From the IMG/VR virus record IMGVR_UViG_3300031857_018978, positions 1 through 59,675 of that record: DNA of 59,675 nucleotides. One strand, given 5' to 3'. Shown in pieces: positions 38,780 to 47,517 of this stretch. The DNA comes from a virus. Taxonomy: Duplodnaviria > Caudoviricetes. The translations under genes were made by a program, and so were the position numbers. Numbering within the stretch: the stretch's first letter is position 1; every line of letters starts with the position of its first letter. The notes under the pieces were generated by a model, which worked only from the letters and a program-made list of their open reading frames with translations, did not search any database and was not told the origin of the DNA.

Positions 38780-39809
38780 GTGAGTTTTCTAAATCATTGG
38801 AAACCATCTTTTTAACCAGTCTGTAAAAAGAGGTTTTAGGAGACCAGCCTATTTCTTTTCTGGCTTTTGACGAATCTCCAAGCAAGATATCCACTTCTGC
38901 TGGTCTAAAAAATTTTGGATTAACAACTACAAGTGGATATTTAAATTGTTTGTGAACGAAGACTTCTCCAACTGTTCCAGATTCTCCAAGCCAAAAACCT
39001 TCTATTTCTGCCGCTGCAAAAGCAAGTTCAACAAATTCTTTTACGGTATGAGTTTCGTTAGAAGAAAGAACATAATCCTTTGGTTCGTTTTGATTAAGCA
39101 TAAGCCAAACGCCCTCTACAAAGTCTTCTGCGTCGCTCCAATCGCGCTTCGCGGAAAGATTCCCTAATTCAATTGGTCTTGGAATTTGATTTGAACCCAA
39201 AGATTTTACTATATCCGCTACGCCTTTTGTAATCTTTCTGGTAACAAATTCTTGACCTCTCCTAGTTCCTTCGTGATTAAAAAGCCAACCTTGCACAGCA
39301 TAAAGACCGTAAGACTCTCTCCAGACTTTTACTATCTGACGAGCAGATGCTTTTGAAGCTCCATATGGGCTTCTGGGTCTTAATGGATGATTTTCATCTT
39401 GCGGGACATAGGCTACATCGCCAAATTCTTCTGAAGAACCCGCATTGTAATATTTGCATTTTGGGGCAAACTTTCTGATAGCTTCCAATTGATAAAGAAC
39501 TCCCATGCAATTTGACTGCATATGCACAACTGGCATTTCCCAACTTGTGCCTACAAAAGAATTTGCCGCGAAATTAATAAAATAATCTGGCTTATATTCC
39601 TGTACGGTATTGTTAACGCTCTGAGGGTCTCCAATATCCATGTGAGCAAGTTTAAATCTAGGATCTTTAATGTGAGCGATATTTTGGTGATTTGGAACAC
39701 TGAGTCTTCTTACCGTGCCAATGATATTATAATCTGTATTTTTTAATAGAAAGTCAACCATGTGGCTTCCATCTTGTCCGGTGACTCCAGTTATGATGAC
39801 TGTTTTCAT
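38763..39809 (-). CDS. gmd: GDP-mannose 4,6-dehydratase
   Basis: ITGVTGQDGS, PRSPYGASK, LFNHE, FVTRKIT, LGNLSAKRDW, RPAEVD.LLGD. Confidence 0.95.
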   Translation of the reverse strand: MKTVIITGVTGQDGSHMVDFLLKNTDYNIIGTVRRLSVPNHQNIAHIKDPRFKLAHMDIGDPQSVNNTVQEYKPDYFINFAANSFVGTSWEMPVVHMQSNCMGVLYQLEAIRKFAPKCKYYNAGSSEEFGDVAYVPQDENHPLRPRSPYGASKASARQIVKVWRESYGLYAVQGWLFNHEGTRRGQEFVTRKITKGVADIVKSLGSNQIPRPIELGNLSAKRDWSDAEDFVEGVWLMLNQNEPKDYVLSSNETHTVKEFVELAFAAAEIEGFWLGESGTVGEVFVHKQFKYPLVVVNPKFFRPAEVDILLGDSSKARKEIGWSPKTSFYRLVKKMVSNDLENSLDKSK

Positions 39810-40165
39810 TAATTTGAGAATCCTTTATAAAGTTTTACGTTTTCTTCTGAAAATTTTTTGACATGATTTTTGCTTACATAAACGTCAAGATATGAGTTTA
39901 TAGCTTTTGTTAATTTGGGACGGCGGTCTTTAAAACAATAATCGACTTTTCTTTTTAAATCGGCTACTTCCGCATCTGACTTCGCTTCCCCAATAGCATC
40001 CTCTAGTTTCCACATTCTAATATGCAGAACAATAAAACGATCCATTATTTCCGCGAAACTTTCGCTGAACTCAATGTCTTGATTGTGGATTTGTTCTTTG
40101 TTGAAACGTTCAGCAATTTCTTCTAAGAGAAGTTCGCTTATTTTATTAATTCTTTCTGAGGCCAT
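39809..40165 (-). CDS. DUF4254-like helical protein
   Basis: DRFIVLHIRMWKLED...KRKVD...R pattern; sugar-pathway context. Confidence 0.5.
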   Translation of the reverse strand: MASERINKISELLLEEIAERFNKEQIHNQDIEFSESFAEIMDRFIVLHIRMWKLEDAIGEAKSDAEVADLKRKVDYCFKDRRPKLTKAINSYLDVYVSKNHVKKFSEENVKLYKGFSN

Positions 40166-40166
40166 A

Positions 40167-41309
40167 TTAAAACAAATTTAAATAATCAGTTAATTGCAGT
40201 ACCTGATCGTCTTTTAGTTTAGTGTGAAGACCAACGTAAAATCCGTTGTGATGAAGGAGTTCGCTATTTGGGAATTCTTCAGCAATTCCATATTTTTTAA
40301 AACATGTTTGCCTGAGAAGATTGCCAGATATGATTGGTCTTGTTTCAATGCCATTATTTGCACAATAGTCTAATCCCATTTTTTTTACTTTGAACTCCTT
40401 GCATACGATTGGAAATGCGAAAGGAACTGGATCTCTATTCTCGAAATTATCCGGTAAAATAAATTTAGATTCATCTATTTCTGAAGCAAATAGATTATAA
40501 AGATATTTTCTTTTGGCGATATGAACGTCAGCCTTCTTAAGATCAAGCATTCCTATCAAAGAACGTATTTCACAGTTTCTAAAATTATTGCCAAGACAAT
40601 AAAAATCGAACCTTGGATCAACATCTTTGTTTAAATATTTTTCGTTATTGGTTACAGATCTGGTCATCCCATGATTTCTAAGCATTAATAAATATTCATA
40701 CTCTTGCTGATTATTAGTAAAAACAAAGCCTCCTTCTACGCTTTGAAGATGGTGACCAAAATAGGTGCTTGTAGTGGAAGTGGTAAAAGATGATACATTT
40801 TTTTCTTCAAATTTACCAAATGTATTTTCACAATTATCAAACATCAATTTAACATTGTACCTATGTGAAAGCTCAATTAATTTAGAGACATTTGGCACGA
40901 AGCCAAGAAGACTTGTTGCAAAAATTGCAGCAACTGATCCAGATTCAGCTTGCAAAAATTTTTCTAAAGCATGATAATTAAAAGAAAAATCCTCTAAATT
41001 AATATCTATAAATTTGGGGGTAAAACCTTCTCTTATAAAAGGCGTCACAGAAGTTGTCCATGTAGTAGAAGGAAATATAACTACGTTTTTACTGGAGATA
41101 TCCTTTAGCTGCATAGCTACCATAGTATTAGCTGTAGAGCCGCTTGAGCAAAAAACGGCATATTTTGAGCCTACAAAATCGGCCATTTTAAGTTCAAATT
41201 GGTATACTAGACCATTTTGGGTCCATTTGTTATTTTTATTTAAAATGAATTTGCAGATTTTTAGTCTGTCCAAAAAAGTGAAATTATCTACATTAAGAGG
41301 CCATTTCAT
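40167..41309 (-). CDS. DegT/DnrJ-family PLP enzyme, ColD/E1-type 3-dehydratase
   Basis: SSGSTAN, DNCE, STYFGHHLQSVEGG (His at the catalytic Lys position), ETRPIISGN. Confidence 0.85.
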   Translation of the reverse strand: MKWPLNVDNFTFLDRLKICKFILNKNNKWTQNGLVYQFELKMADFVGSKYAVFCSSGSTANTMVAMQLKDISSKNVVIFPSTTWTTSVTPFIREGFTPKFIDINLEDFSFNYHALEKFLQAESGSVAAIFATSLLGFVPNVSKLIELSHRYNVKLMFDNCENTFGKFEEKNVSSFTTSTTSTYFGHHLQSVEGGFVFTNNQQEYEYLLMLRNHGMTRSVTNNEKYLNKDVDPRFDFYCLGNNFRNCEIRSLIGMLDLKKADVHIAKRKYLYNLFASEIDESKFILPDNFENRDPVPFAFPIVCKEFKVKKMGLDYCANNGIETRPIISGNLLRQTCFKKYGIAEEFPNSELLHHNGFYVGLHTKLKDDQVLQLTDYLNLF

Positions 41310-41313
41310 ATTA

Positions 41314-41997
41314 TTACCAATTTAGATATGTTGAATTAGGGTGATTGTAATTCCACTCAGAACTGTTAAATTTATCAGAATTTCTAGGTTGCCAAACAAT
41401 TGTTCTACATCCGACAGCTGTTGCTAAATGTTCGTCGCCAGTATTTGCCCCAAAGTAATTGCCGGTCTGCCTTAATAAAGAAATGTATTTTTTTAAATCT
41501 AAATCAACTAATTCTATTTCTTGCGTCTTTGTATAATTAAAAGACGATTGGCAAATTATCGGCGTATGGTTTTGCTTTATATATTTTAAAATTTCGTTAA
41601 AAAAAGAGTCTGGAATTGATCTAACATCTGACCAATTTTTGGAACAATTCTTTACTACAATACAAGGATTTTTTTTATCTTTTAAAAAATTACTAGCCCA
41701 AATTTCAGATTCTTTATCTGAAAATAAAACTAACGGGCGATTGTCCAACCCATCAGCAGCATCTCCAAAAAAATTTCTTAATTTTCTTGTGGCGTAATGT
41801 CCAGAAAATCCAATATCTAGTATTGGATTTATTTGATGCTTTTCGCATATTTCAACATTAGCTAAATGTTCAAAAAATATAGAAAATCTAGATACATCTT
41901 TTGTAAGTTGTATAGTAAATTTATTTGGAAAATATTTACAAACGGAAGTTAGTAAAAGCGTATCGCCCATTCCATATGTTGTTGAGCCAAATTTCAT
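41314..41997 (-). CDS. GT9-like glycosyltransferase
   Basis: GMGDTLLL...YFGANTGDEHLATAVG. Confidence 0.65.
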   Translation of the reverse strand: MKFGSTTYGMGDTLLLTSVCKYFPNKFTIQLTKDVSRFSIFFEHLANVEICEKHQINPILDIGFSGHYATRKLRNFFGDAADGLDNRPLVLFSDKESEIWASNFLKDKKNPCIVVKNCSKNWSDVRSIPDSFFNEILKYIKQNHTPIICQSSFNYTKTQEIELVDLDLKKYISLLRQTGNYFGANTGDEHLATAVGCRTIVWQPRNSDKFNSSEWNYNHPNSTYLNW

Positions 41998-42560
41998 TGC
42001 AGTTGAGCTATTGAATTATTGCCTTGCTTTTCTATTTTATAATTATTTTTTGTTAACAGTTGGACAAGTTTATTATGATTGATGTTGCTGCTATGAACAC
42101 CATCAGAATGAACCCATTCGTACTCTATATATTTTGGCTTATATTTTTCGTAGTTCAATTTTAAAAGAGCTTCTACATCATAGCCTTCAATATCAATGTA
42201 TAATCGATCAACATTTCCTTGCATAAACTCGAAAATGTTATTTAAATTTAAAGTAGGTAAAAATAAAAAATCACATTTGCTGTGTCCATGTGTTTTGACA
42301 TGATTTTCAAAAATAGATGCATGGGCCGAGGTTTGCCCATCTTTTGGGAAAATTAATTTTACGATGCTATTGTCATTGTAAATGGCGCAATTAACAGCGA
42401 TAAGTTTACTTTCTAAAAATGCGTATTTTGTTTTCGCAATTTCCACGCATTTGGGCAAAGCGTCAATAACTAAAAATTTAGATATGGATTCTTTATTTTT
42501 ATCAATGAAGTTGAAAACTTCATCTTCGCAATTATTGCACCCAATTTGAACAATGTTCAT
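41994..42560 (-). CDS. FkbM-family methyltransferase
   Basis: IVQIGCN, VNCAI, LYIDIEGYD, PKYIEYE. Confidence 0.8.
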   Translation of the reverse strand: MNIVQIGCNNCEDEVFNFIDKNKESISKFLVIDALPKCVEIAKTKYAFLESKLIAVNCAIYNDNSIVKLIFPKDGQTSAHASIFENHVKTHGHSKCDFLFLPTLNLNNIFEFMQGNVDRLYIDIEGYDVEALLKLNYEKYKPKYIEYEWVHSDGVHSSNINHNKLVQLLTKNNYKIEKQGNNSIAQLQ

Positions 42561-43579
42561 TACGAATTCAAATTAACTATTTCGATATTACATAAATCAA
42601 ACAAGCTGCCGCCAGCATAAGAAGCGGCGCTTTGTAAATCTTGTTCGATTTCTTTAAGTTTTTCAGCATAGGTCATATCGTTACCGCGAAGCATAACCTC
42701 AAATCCTTCAACATTCTTGCTGTGACCTTTCTGCTTTGCTGAAGCAGAGCCATAATAAAGCTTTTGTCCATAATCATCTCTATCGGCTGGCGAATCATCA
42801 CATGCCGCAAAAAGAGATCCAGCCATAACCATAACTTGAGGCAAGCTTCTTTTAACGTCAAGAATAACGCCATCCTTATTTGTTGGCATTTTTGAACCAG
42901 CCTGATAGGCTAGAGCAATTGCTTTCGCAATGTCTCCGTTCGTTTTAACACCGCCATCAATAATGATAGGAAACCTATCCTTATTCCAGTCTTTGTAAAT
43001 ATGCCAAGCTGTTAATGGCATCGGAAGTCCGAATCCTGTTTTGCCATAAGTTGAACAAGCGCCACCTTGAGCAATTCCAACCTTAACGCAATGAGCGCCC
43101 CATTCCATAAGATCGTAAGCTCCTTCTGAGGAGCAAACGTTGCCAGCAATAATTTTAACTTGAGGAAGATACTCTTGAATAATCCAAATCATATTCTTCA
43201 TTAGTTGGCTATCTCCATGAGCAATATCAACAGTAATAAAGTCTACCTTTAGTTTTTCTTTTGCAATTTCTTTGATAAAGTCTTTGTCGCTTTGTTGAAC
43301 GCCAACACTAATGCTGATAATTGGCCAAAGTTGTTCATTCATTCTTCTTAACAGTTTTATATTGCCATCAGGCTCTTTGAAGAACCTATGCATGATATAA
43401 AAGTAATTCTCGAAAGAAAGATACTTGGCAATGTCTTCGTTGATAACCGAAGACATATTCGATGGAACTACTGGCAGCTTAAACTGCTTATTTAAAAAAT
43501 GACAAGAGACATCAATCTCTGATCGACTTTTGCCGCCAAAAAAACGTGGAACTAAAGTTAAATCTGAATAGCTACGCAT
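42560..43579 (-). CDS. guaC: GMP reductase
   Basis: PVVPSNM, DIAHG, IAGNV, KVGIAQGGACST, IIIDGG, YYGSAS, NVEG, DLQSA.SYAG. Confidence 0.9.
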   Translation of the reverse strand: MRSYSDLTLVPRFFGGKSRSEIDVSCHFLNKQFKLPVVPSNMSSVINEDIAKYLSFENYFYIMHRFFKEPDGNIKLLRRMNEQLWPIISISVGVQQSDKDFIKEIAKEKLKVDFITVDIAHGDSQLMKNMIWIIQEYLPQVKIIAGNVCSSEGAYDLMEWGAHCVKVGIAQGGACSTYGKTGFGLPMPLTAWHIYKDWNKDRFPIIIDGGVKTNGDIAKAIALAYQAGSKMPTNKDGVILDVKRSLPQVMVMAGSLFAACDDSPADRDDYGQKLYYGSASAKQKGHSKNVEGFEVMLRGNDMTYAEKLKEIEQDLQSAASYAGGSLFDLCNIEIVNLNS

Positions 43580-43602
43580 ACCCTAAATCATAGGGTATGC
43601 GT
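43574..43602. repeat. Perfect 12-bp inverted repeat covering the guaC start codon
   Basis: ACGCATACCCTA-AATCA-TAGGGTATGCGT. Confidence 0.9.
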
Positions 43603-43616
43603 TAAATTATTCTACT

Positions 43617-44840
43617 TTATTCCGAACTTTCTGAAGAAAGATATTTGTGAACAGTAGTAATGTAATCGTCAGCAATTGTTAATTTAGCGGCAACCCAAGC
43701 TTCAGTAATTTCAGCAGAAGCCTCTCCTCCAGCATCAACCATAGCTTTGATTTCTTGAAGCTTTTTCATCATTGATGAGACGTTAGTCATTGTCATTTCG
43801 ACAGACTCTTTTTGATATTCCATCAGTTCTTCATTCTCATCTTCCATTTCTGGAGCTTCTTTAAGATCAGGATTTTGCATCATTAATTCTTCTTGACTGT
43901 GCATTTCATCCATCTCCATCATATAAGCGGCAAAAGAACCTTTTGTTACTTGAGTTACAGACTTGCCACCTTCCCACATTCTGCAAGACCAATAGCGAGC
44001 TTTCCATTTGGGACCAGGATTGCTGTCACATTGATGACGGGCGCGAAAATTTCTACGGCGATCTGGATCGTCGCGTTTAATTTCCATATTTGGGTCTCCA
44101 AACTTTACCATTACAACATTGCCTTTTGGATTTTTAACGTAAACTCCAAACTTCTTTTTGGAACCTGATGGAAGTCTAAATGGTTTATTGAGAGTTTTCT
44201 TTTCCGCTTCTGACATCTCGTTATACTCTTCTTCGTCTTCTGATTCGTAAGAATCATCCATTTCAGCAATACTGACGTTACATCTAACCAAGTCTGAGGC
44301 AGCGATAACTAATTCGTATTCATCAAAATCAAAAGATGCTGATGATTTATTTGTTACCGATTTGATACTGTCATCGCTGGCTTTTGCGATATCTTGATCT
44401 GCTGCTCTGTAAGCGTCTTTTACTTTACCGCCAGCCATCATTCGTAAAAATGTATTTACGCGAGCCATTGCCCACTGGCCACGGCTTTTACCTGGTCTGC
44501 TGGATGAAGAAAATGCACCAGCGCCTCTTCTGTATACTTTTTTAAGTTGAGAAAGGGTAACTTTTTTTGAGTGTTTTTTGTTATGCTCTTCTACTTTTTT
44601 CTTTAGAGCGTTAGTTACTTTTTCGCTGAAAGTGATTGCGGCTTTTACGACCTTTTTTTCGTCCTCTCTTTTGAGAGCTTTTTGAGCTTTCTCTTTGGCG
44701 TCTGGACTTGTACCAGCGGAACCTGGTGGATTTTTAGGAGATCCTTTTAGTCTGTCTTCTGGCTTTGCAGGAGTTTGTGCAGAGCTTTTAGGTCCTGGGC
44801 GTTTCTTTGCTAAAATCCTTTCGGAAAAATCAAGTTCCAT
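43617..44840 (-). CDS. Composite hypothetical protein (DUF5824-like module, KFG/YWSC module and acidic tail)
   Basis: LKKVYRRGAGAF..SRPG...QWAMARV; KKFGVYV..VKFGDP...FRARHQC...ARYWSC; EAWVAAKLT.A.DYI. Start MELDF follows GTGTAAA. Confidence 0.6.
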   Translation of the reverse strand: MELDFSERILAKKRPGPKSSAQTPAKPEDRLKGSPKNPPGSAGTSPDAKEKAQKALKREDEKKVVKAAITFSEKVTNALKKKVEEHNKKHSKKVTLSQLKKVYRRGAGAFSSSSRPGKSRGQWAMARVNTFLRMMAGGKVKDAYRAADQDIAKASDDSIKSVTNKSSASFDFDEYELVIAASDLVRCNVSIAEMDDSYESEDEEEYNEMSEAEKKTLNKPFRLPSGSKKKFGVYVKNPKGNVVMVKFGDPNMEIKRDDPDRRRNFRARHQCDSNPGPKWKARYWSCRMWEGGKSVTQVTKGSFAAYMMEMDEMHSQEELMMQNPDLKEAPEMEDENEELMEYQKESVEMTMTNVSSMMKKLQEIKAMVDAGGEASAEITEAWVAAKLTIADDYITTVHKYLSSESSE

Positions 44841-44845
44841 AATAT

Positions 44846-45484
44846 TTATTTTACACGTTTTCTTGTCTTTTTGGCCTTGGCCATTGGTATGAAAACAGCG
44901 ACGCACATCACAATAGAAAGTCCCATAAAAATAGAAACAAACTTTTCAAACTGCTTTAAAGACTTGACTGACTCTGATGTATAAACCGAAGAAATAACCA
45001 TTTCTTTTTCTAGTATTTCATTTATGGTATCTGTTGCTTTATCGACAACAGTATAAAGTTCTCCATTTTCTATAAGAATTTTGAGTTGTGAGGCGTCTTT
45101 TTCTTTACATATCTTTTCTATCTTATCTAAATACTTAAAAGTATCTTCGCATCTAATTTTCAATTTGTCCAATAGCAAACGCTCTTCTTGAGAGTTGATT
45201 TTATTTTCGTAATTTTTTAAATGTTTTTTTATTGTTTCTTTGGCTTCTTTTATGTTTTTGCAATACTCTTCGAATGTTATAAGTCCATGAGCAGCTTTAA
45301 CTTGCGAATCAACTATCATTATTGAGTGAGCATCAAATAATGGACTAAGCTCATATGTTACATTTTTGAAACATTGGTCTGTTTGATTAAAATTGAAAAT
45401 AGCTTTTTCGCAAGTTTTATATCCATAAATAGAAAATATTAATGCTATAAAACCAAGTAAACAAACTTTAATTTTTGTTGCCAT
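44846..45484 (-). CDS. Truncated chemoreceptor: TM, four-helix ligand-binding domain, TM, no signalling domain
   Basis: Two TMs flank D.H..MIVD..K..HG.IT.EE..I..A..I...Y...S.EE..L...LY..VD, a 4HB_MCP-like pattern. Confidence 0.6.
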   Translation of the reverse strand: MATKIKVCLLGFIALIFSIYGYKTCEKAIFNFNQTDQCFKNVTYELSPLFDAHSIMIVDSQVKAAHGLITFEEYCKNIKEAKETIKKHLKNYENKINSQEERLLLDKLKIRCEDTFKYLDKIEKICKEKDASQLKILIENGELYTVVDKATDTINEILEKEMVISSVYTSESVKSLKQFEKFVSIFMGLSIVMCVAVFIPMAKAKKTRKRVK

Positions 45485-45804
45485 TATCTTTTAATAAATT
45501 TAGCTGGATCTTTAGAAACGCCCTTTGCTAAATTAGTTAAAGCGTCTATAATTTCTGGACTTACAACTCCAACAACACCATATGTTATAGCTTTAGTTAT
45601 AGAGCTTATATCCATTTGTTCAACGATAAACCAAGCTATTGTTGATGTTATAGATGCGACAACAATCTTGCGTAAATAATCCATCCAATTTGCCTTTTTT
45701 AATGGGTTTGAAATTAATCTGGCTAACATGCCCGCCGCCCCGATTATCGATACCATCCATCCACTTTCTAAAAACAATTTGAATAAATCTTTATCGTCGG
45801 ACAT
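45484..45804 (-). CDS. Small 3-TM holin-like protein
   Basis: IIGAAGMLARL; IVVASITSTIAWF; YGVVGVVSPEII; basic C-terminus. Confidence 0.6.
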   Translation of the reverse strand: MSDDKDLFKLFLESGWMVSIIGAAGMLARLISNPLKKANWMDYLRKIVVASITSTIAWFIVEQMDISSITKAITYGVVGVVSPEIIDALTNLAKGVSKDPAKFIKR

Positions 45805-45850
45805 GTTATTTTTTACACAAAAAAATTCAATAAGATTATTTAATATCTGT

Positions 45851-45952
45851 TTTCCCCCCTTCCCCTTATCCCTTTCTTTCCCCCTTCTTTCCCCCCCTCA
45901 GACTCCCCCCCTATTATCCCCCAAACTATCCCTTGATCCCCATCCCCCCTTT
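45851..45952. repeat. Mirror-symmetric polypyrimidine/polypurine tract (triplex/G4-prone)
   Basis: C-runs 6,4,3,5,7 / TCAGACT / 7,5,3,4,6; spacers read outward 6,7,4,2 versus 6,7,5,2. Confidence 0.9.
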
Positions 45953-45956
45953 CTTT

Positions 45957-45981
45957 AATAAAAATACTTCGTATTTTTATT
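45957..45981. repeat. 11-bp inverted repeat with a C-GAA-G triloop on the minus strand
   Basis: AATAAAAATAC-TTC-GTATTTTTATT. Confidence 0.85.
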
Positions 45982-46009
45982 GCGCTTTGCGCGATTTGTT
46001 GAAAATCGA

Positions 46010-46038
46010 TTGACAACTTTTAGAATCTGTGCGAAATT
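46010..46038 (+). promoter_or_regulatory. Possible sigma70 promoter (leaderless) for the dut-sigma-ssb operon
   Basis: TTGACA-17-GAAATT (weak -10, extended TG), 6 nt before ATG. Confidence 0.45.
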
Positions 46039-46044
46039 CAAGTC

Positions 46045-46512
46045 ATGGAACAAACATCGTTCAAAGTTTTAAAAAATGGATTTGAAAACAATCTGATCGC
46101 CCCAGCCAAGGGCGACGCTGGTTGGGATTTGATTGCTTCTTCCGATCCAGAAATTGTTTTCTCTGACGAGAAAAAGAAAAATATTTTATATATTGAATAT
46201 GACACTGGTGTTGTGCTTCAGCCACCAAATGGATTTTATACATTACTGTTCCCTAGATCTAGCATCAGTAAATATGAATTAGCTTTAGCAAATTCTGTTG
46301 GAGTTATCGACTCTGGTTATAGAAATACAATTAAATTAAGGTTTAGATTTTTAGGCAAAAAGCTTTCTAAAAACTCCCTGATTTATCAAAAAGGAGATAA
46401 AATTGGGCAATTGATATTCGCTCCAATGTTTATGTTTTCCGCTCATCAAACAGAATCGCTTGAAGAATCCGAAAGAGGTTTAGCTGGATTTGGAGAAAGG
46501 ACAGGTTCATGA
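46045..46512 (+). CDS. dut: Trimeric dUTPase
   Basis: GDAGWDL, PRSSIS, GVIDSGYR, GDKIGQL, RGLAGFG. Confidence 0.93.
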   Translation: MEQTSFKVLKNGFENNLIAPAKGDAGWDLIASSDPEIVFSDEKKKNILYIEYDTGVVLQPPNGFYTLLFPRSSISKYELALANSVGVIDSGYRNTIKLRFRFLGKKLSKNSLIYQKGDKIGQLIFAPMFMFSAHQTESLEESERGLAGFGERTGS

Positions 46513-47090
46513 GATTAATGCCAGAGCAGATGGACGATCTCGACCTGATTCAAGAAGTCAGGTCAAACGGAAACAGTTCTTGTTTCAAAGAAATCGTTAA
46601 TCGTCACTCTGGCATTTATCTTCAAATGATTCATAGCTACGCTCCAAAAGAGACTTCTATTGATAATTTTTATGATTTATTAAATAGTAAAGAATCGCAT
46701 ATTTACGATGCGATTCAATCTTTTGATCAAAATAGAAAAATAAAATTCTCAACTTATCTTGGCAATTGCACTCGTTGGCTTTGTTTAAATTCCTCTAACA
46801 AAAGAAGGCACCAACAAATTGAAGAAAATTTTGATTGCATATTTGAAACCGAAGAAGAAAAAGAATCTTCAGATCAAAAAACTATAGAAGAAATCTTGTC
46901 TAAACTTGACGAATTCGAAGACCAAAGAATTAAAAAAATATTTCGCATGAGATATTTTAGCGGAGAAAAAAAGCCATTAGCTTGGAGAAAAATTGCAAAA
47001 GAGCTTGACTTATCGATTCAAGGCTGTATAAATATCCACAATTCAGCCTTCAAAAAGCTGAAGAAAACCTATCAAAAAAAATATGATTAA
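46509..47090 (+). CDS. Phage sigma-70-family sigma factor
   Basis: DLDLIQ...IVNRH, AIQSFD...KFSTYL (region 2), and IFRMRY...WRKIAKELDLS HTH (region 4). Confidence 0.8.
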   Translation: MRLMPEQMDDLDLIQEVRSNGNSSCFKEIVNRHSGIYLQMIHSYAPKETSIDNFYDLLNSKESHIYDAIQSFDQNRKIKFSTYLGNCTRWLCLNSSNKRRHQQIEENFDCIFETEEEKESSDQKTIEEILSKLDEFEDQRIKKIFRMRYFSGEKKPLAWRKIAKELDLSIQGCINIHNSAFKKLKKTYQKKYD

Positions 47091-47517
47091 TGTAGTAGCA
47101 CTCGCAGGAAATGCCGTGGGAGATCCCACTGTTCGTTCGACAAACTCCGGTAAGAAGGTCGCAACCTTTCGTCTTGCCGTAAACAATCCACTTTCTGAAA
47201 AGGAAGTACTTTTCATCGATGTCGATACTTGGGAAAAACAAGCCGAATTCGTTGAAAAGTACGTGAAGAAGGGTAGTCTTATTTCAGTCGTTGGCAGATT
47301 GAAGCAAGATACTTGGGAGAAGGATGGTCAAAAGCGCTCTTCTATTTCCGTAATTACCGAGCGTCTTAATTTCGTAAATTCTGGAAAGAAGAAGGACGGA
47401 GAAGCGGCTTCTGACGAAGACGCTCCTGCGCCACGCACCGCAAAGCCCGCCGCAAAAACTTACGCAAAGGCTGCTCCAAAACCAGCAGTTGACTCAGACG
47501 ACGACATTCCAATTTAA
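47083..47517 (+). CDS. ssb: Single-stranded DNA-binding protein
   Basis: NVVALAGN, FRLAVN, KKGSLISVVGRL, acidic DDDIPI tail. Confidence 0.93.
   Translation: MINVVALAGNAVGDPTVRSTNSGKKVATFRLAVNNPLSEKEVLFIDVDTWEKQAEFVEKYVKKGSLISVVGRLKQDTWEKDGQKRSSISVITERLNFVNSGKKKDGEAASDEDAPAPRTAKPAAKTYAKAAPKPAVDSDDDIPI

Noticed and set aside
45728-45958. 76-aa Pro-rich ORF across the C-rich tract
   Set aside because: Low-complexity by-product of the DNA repeat, and antisense to the holin-like gene start.
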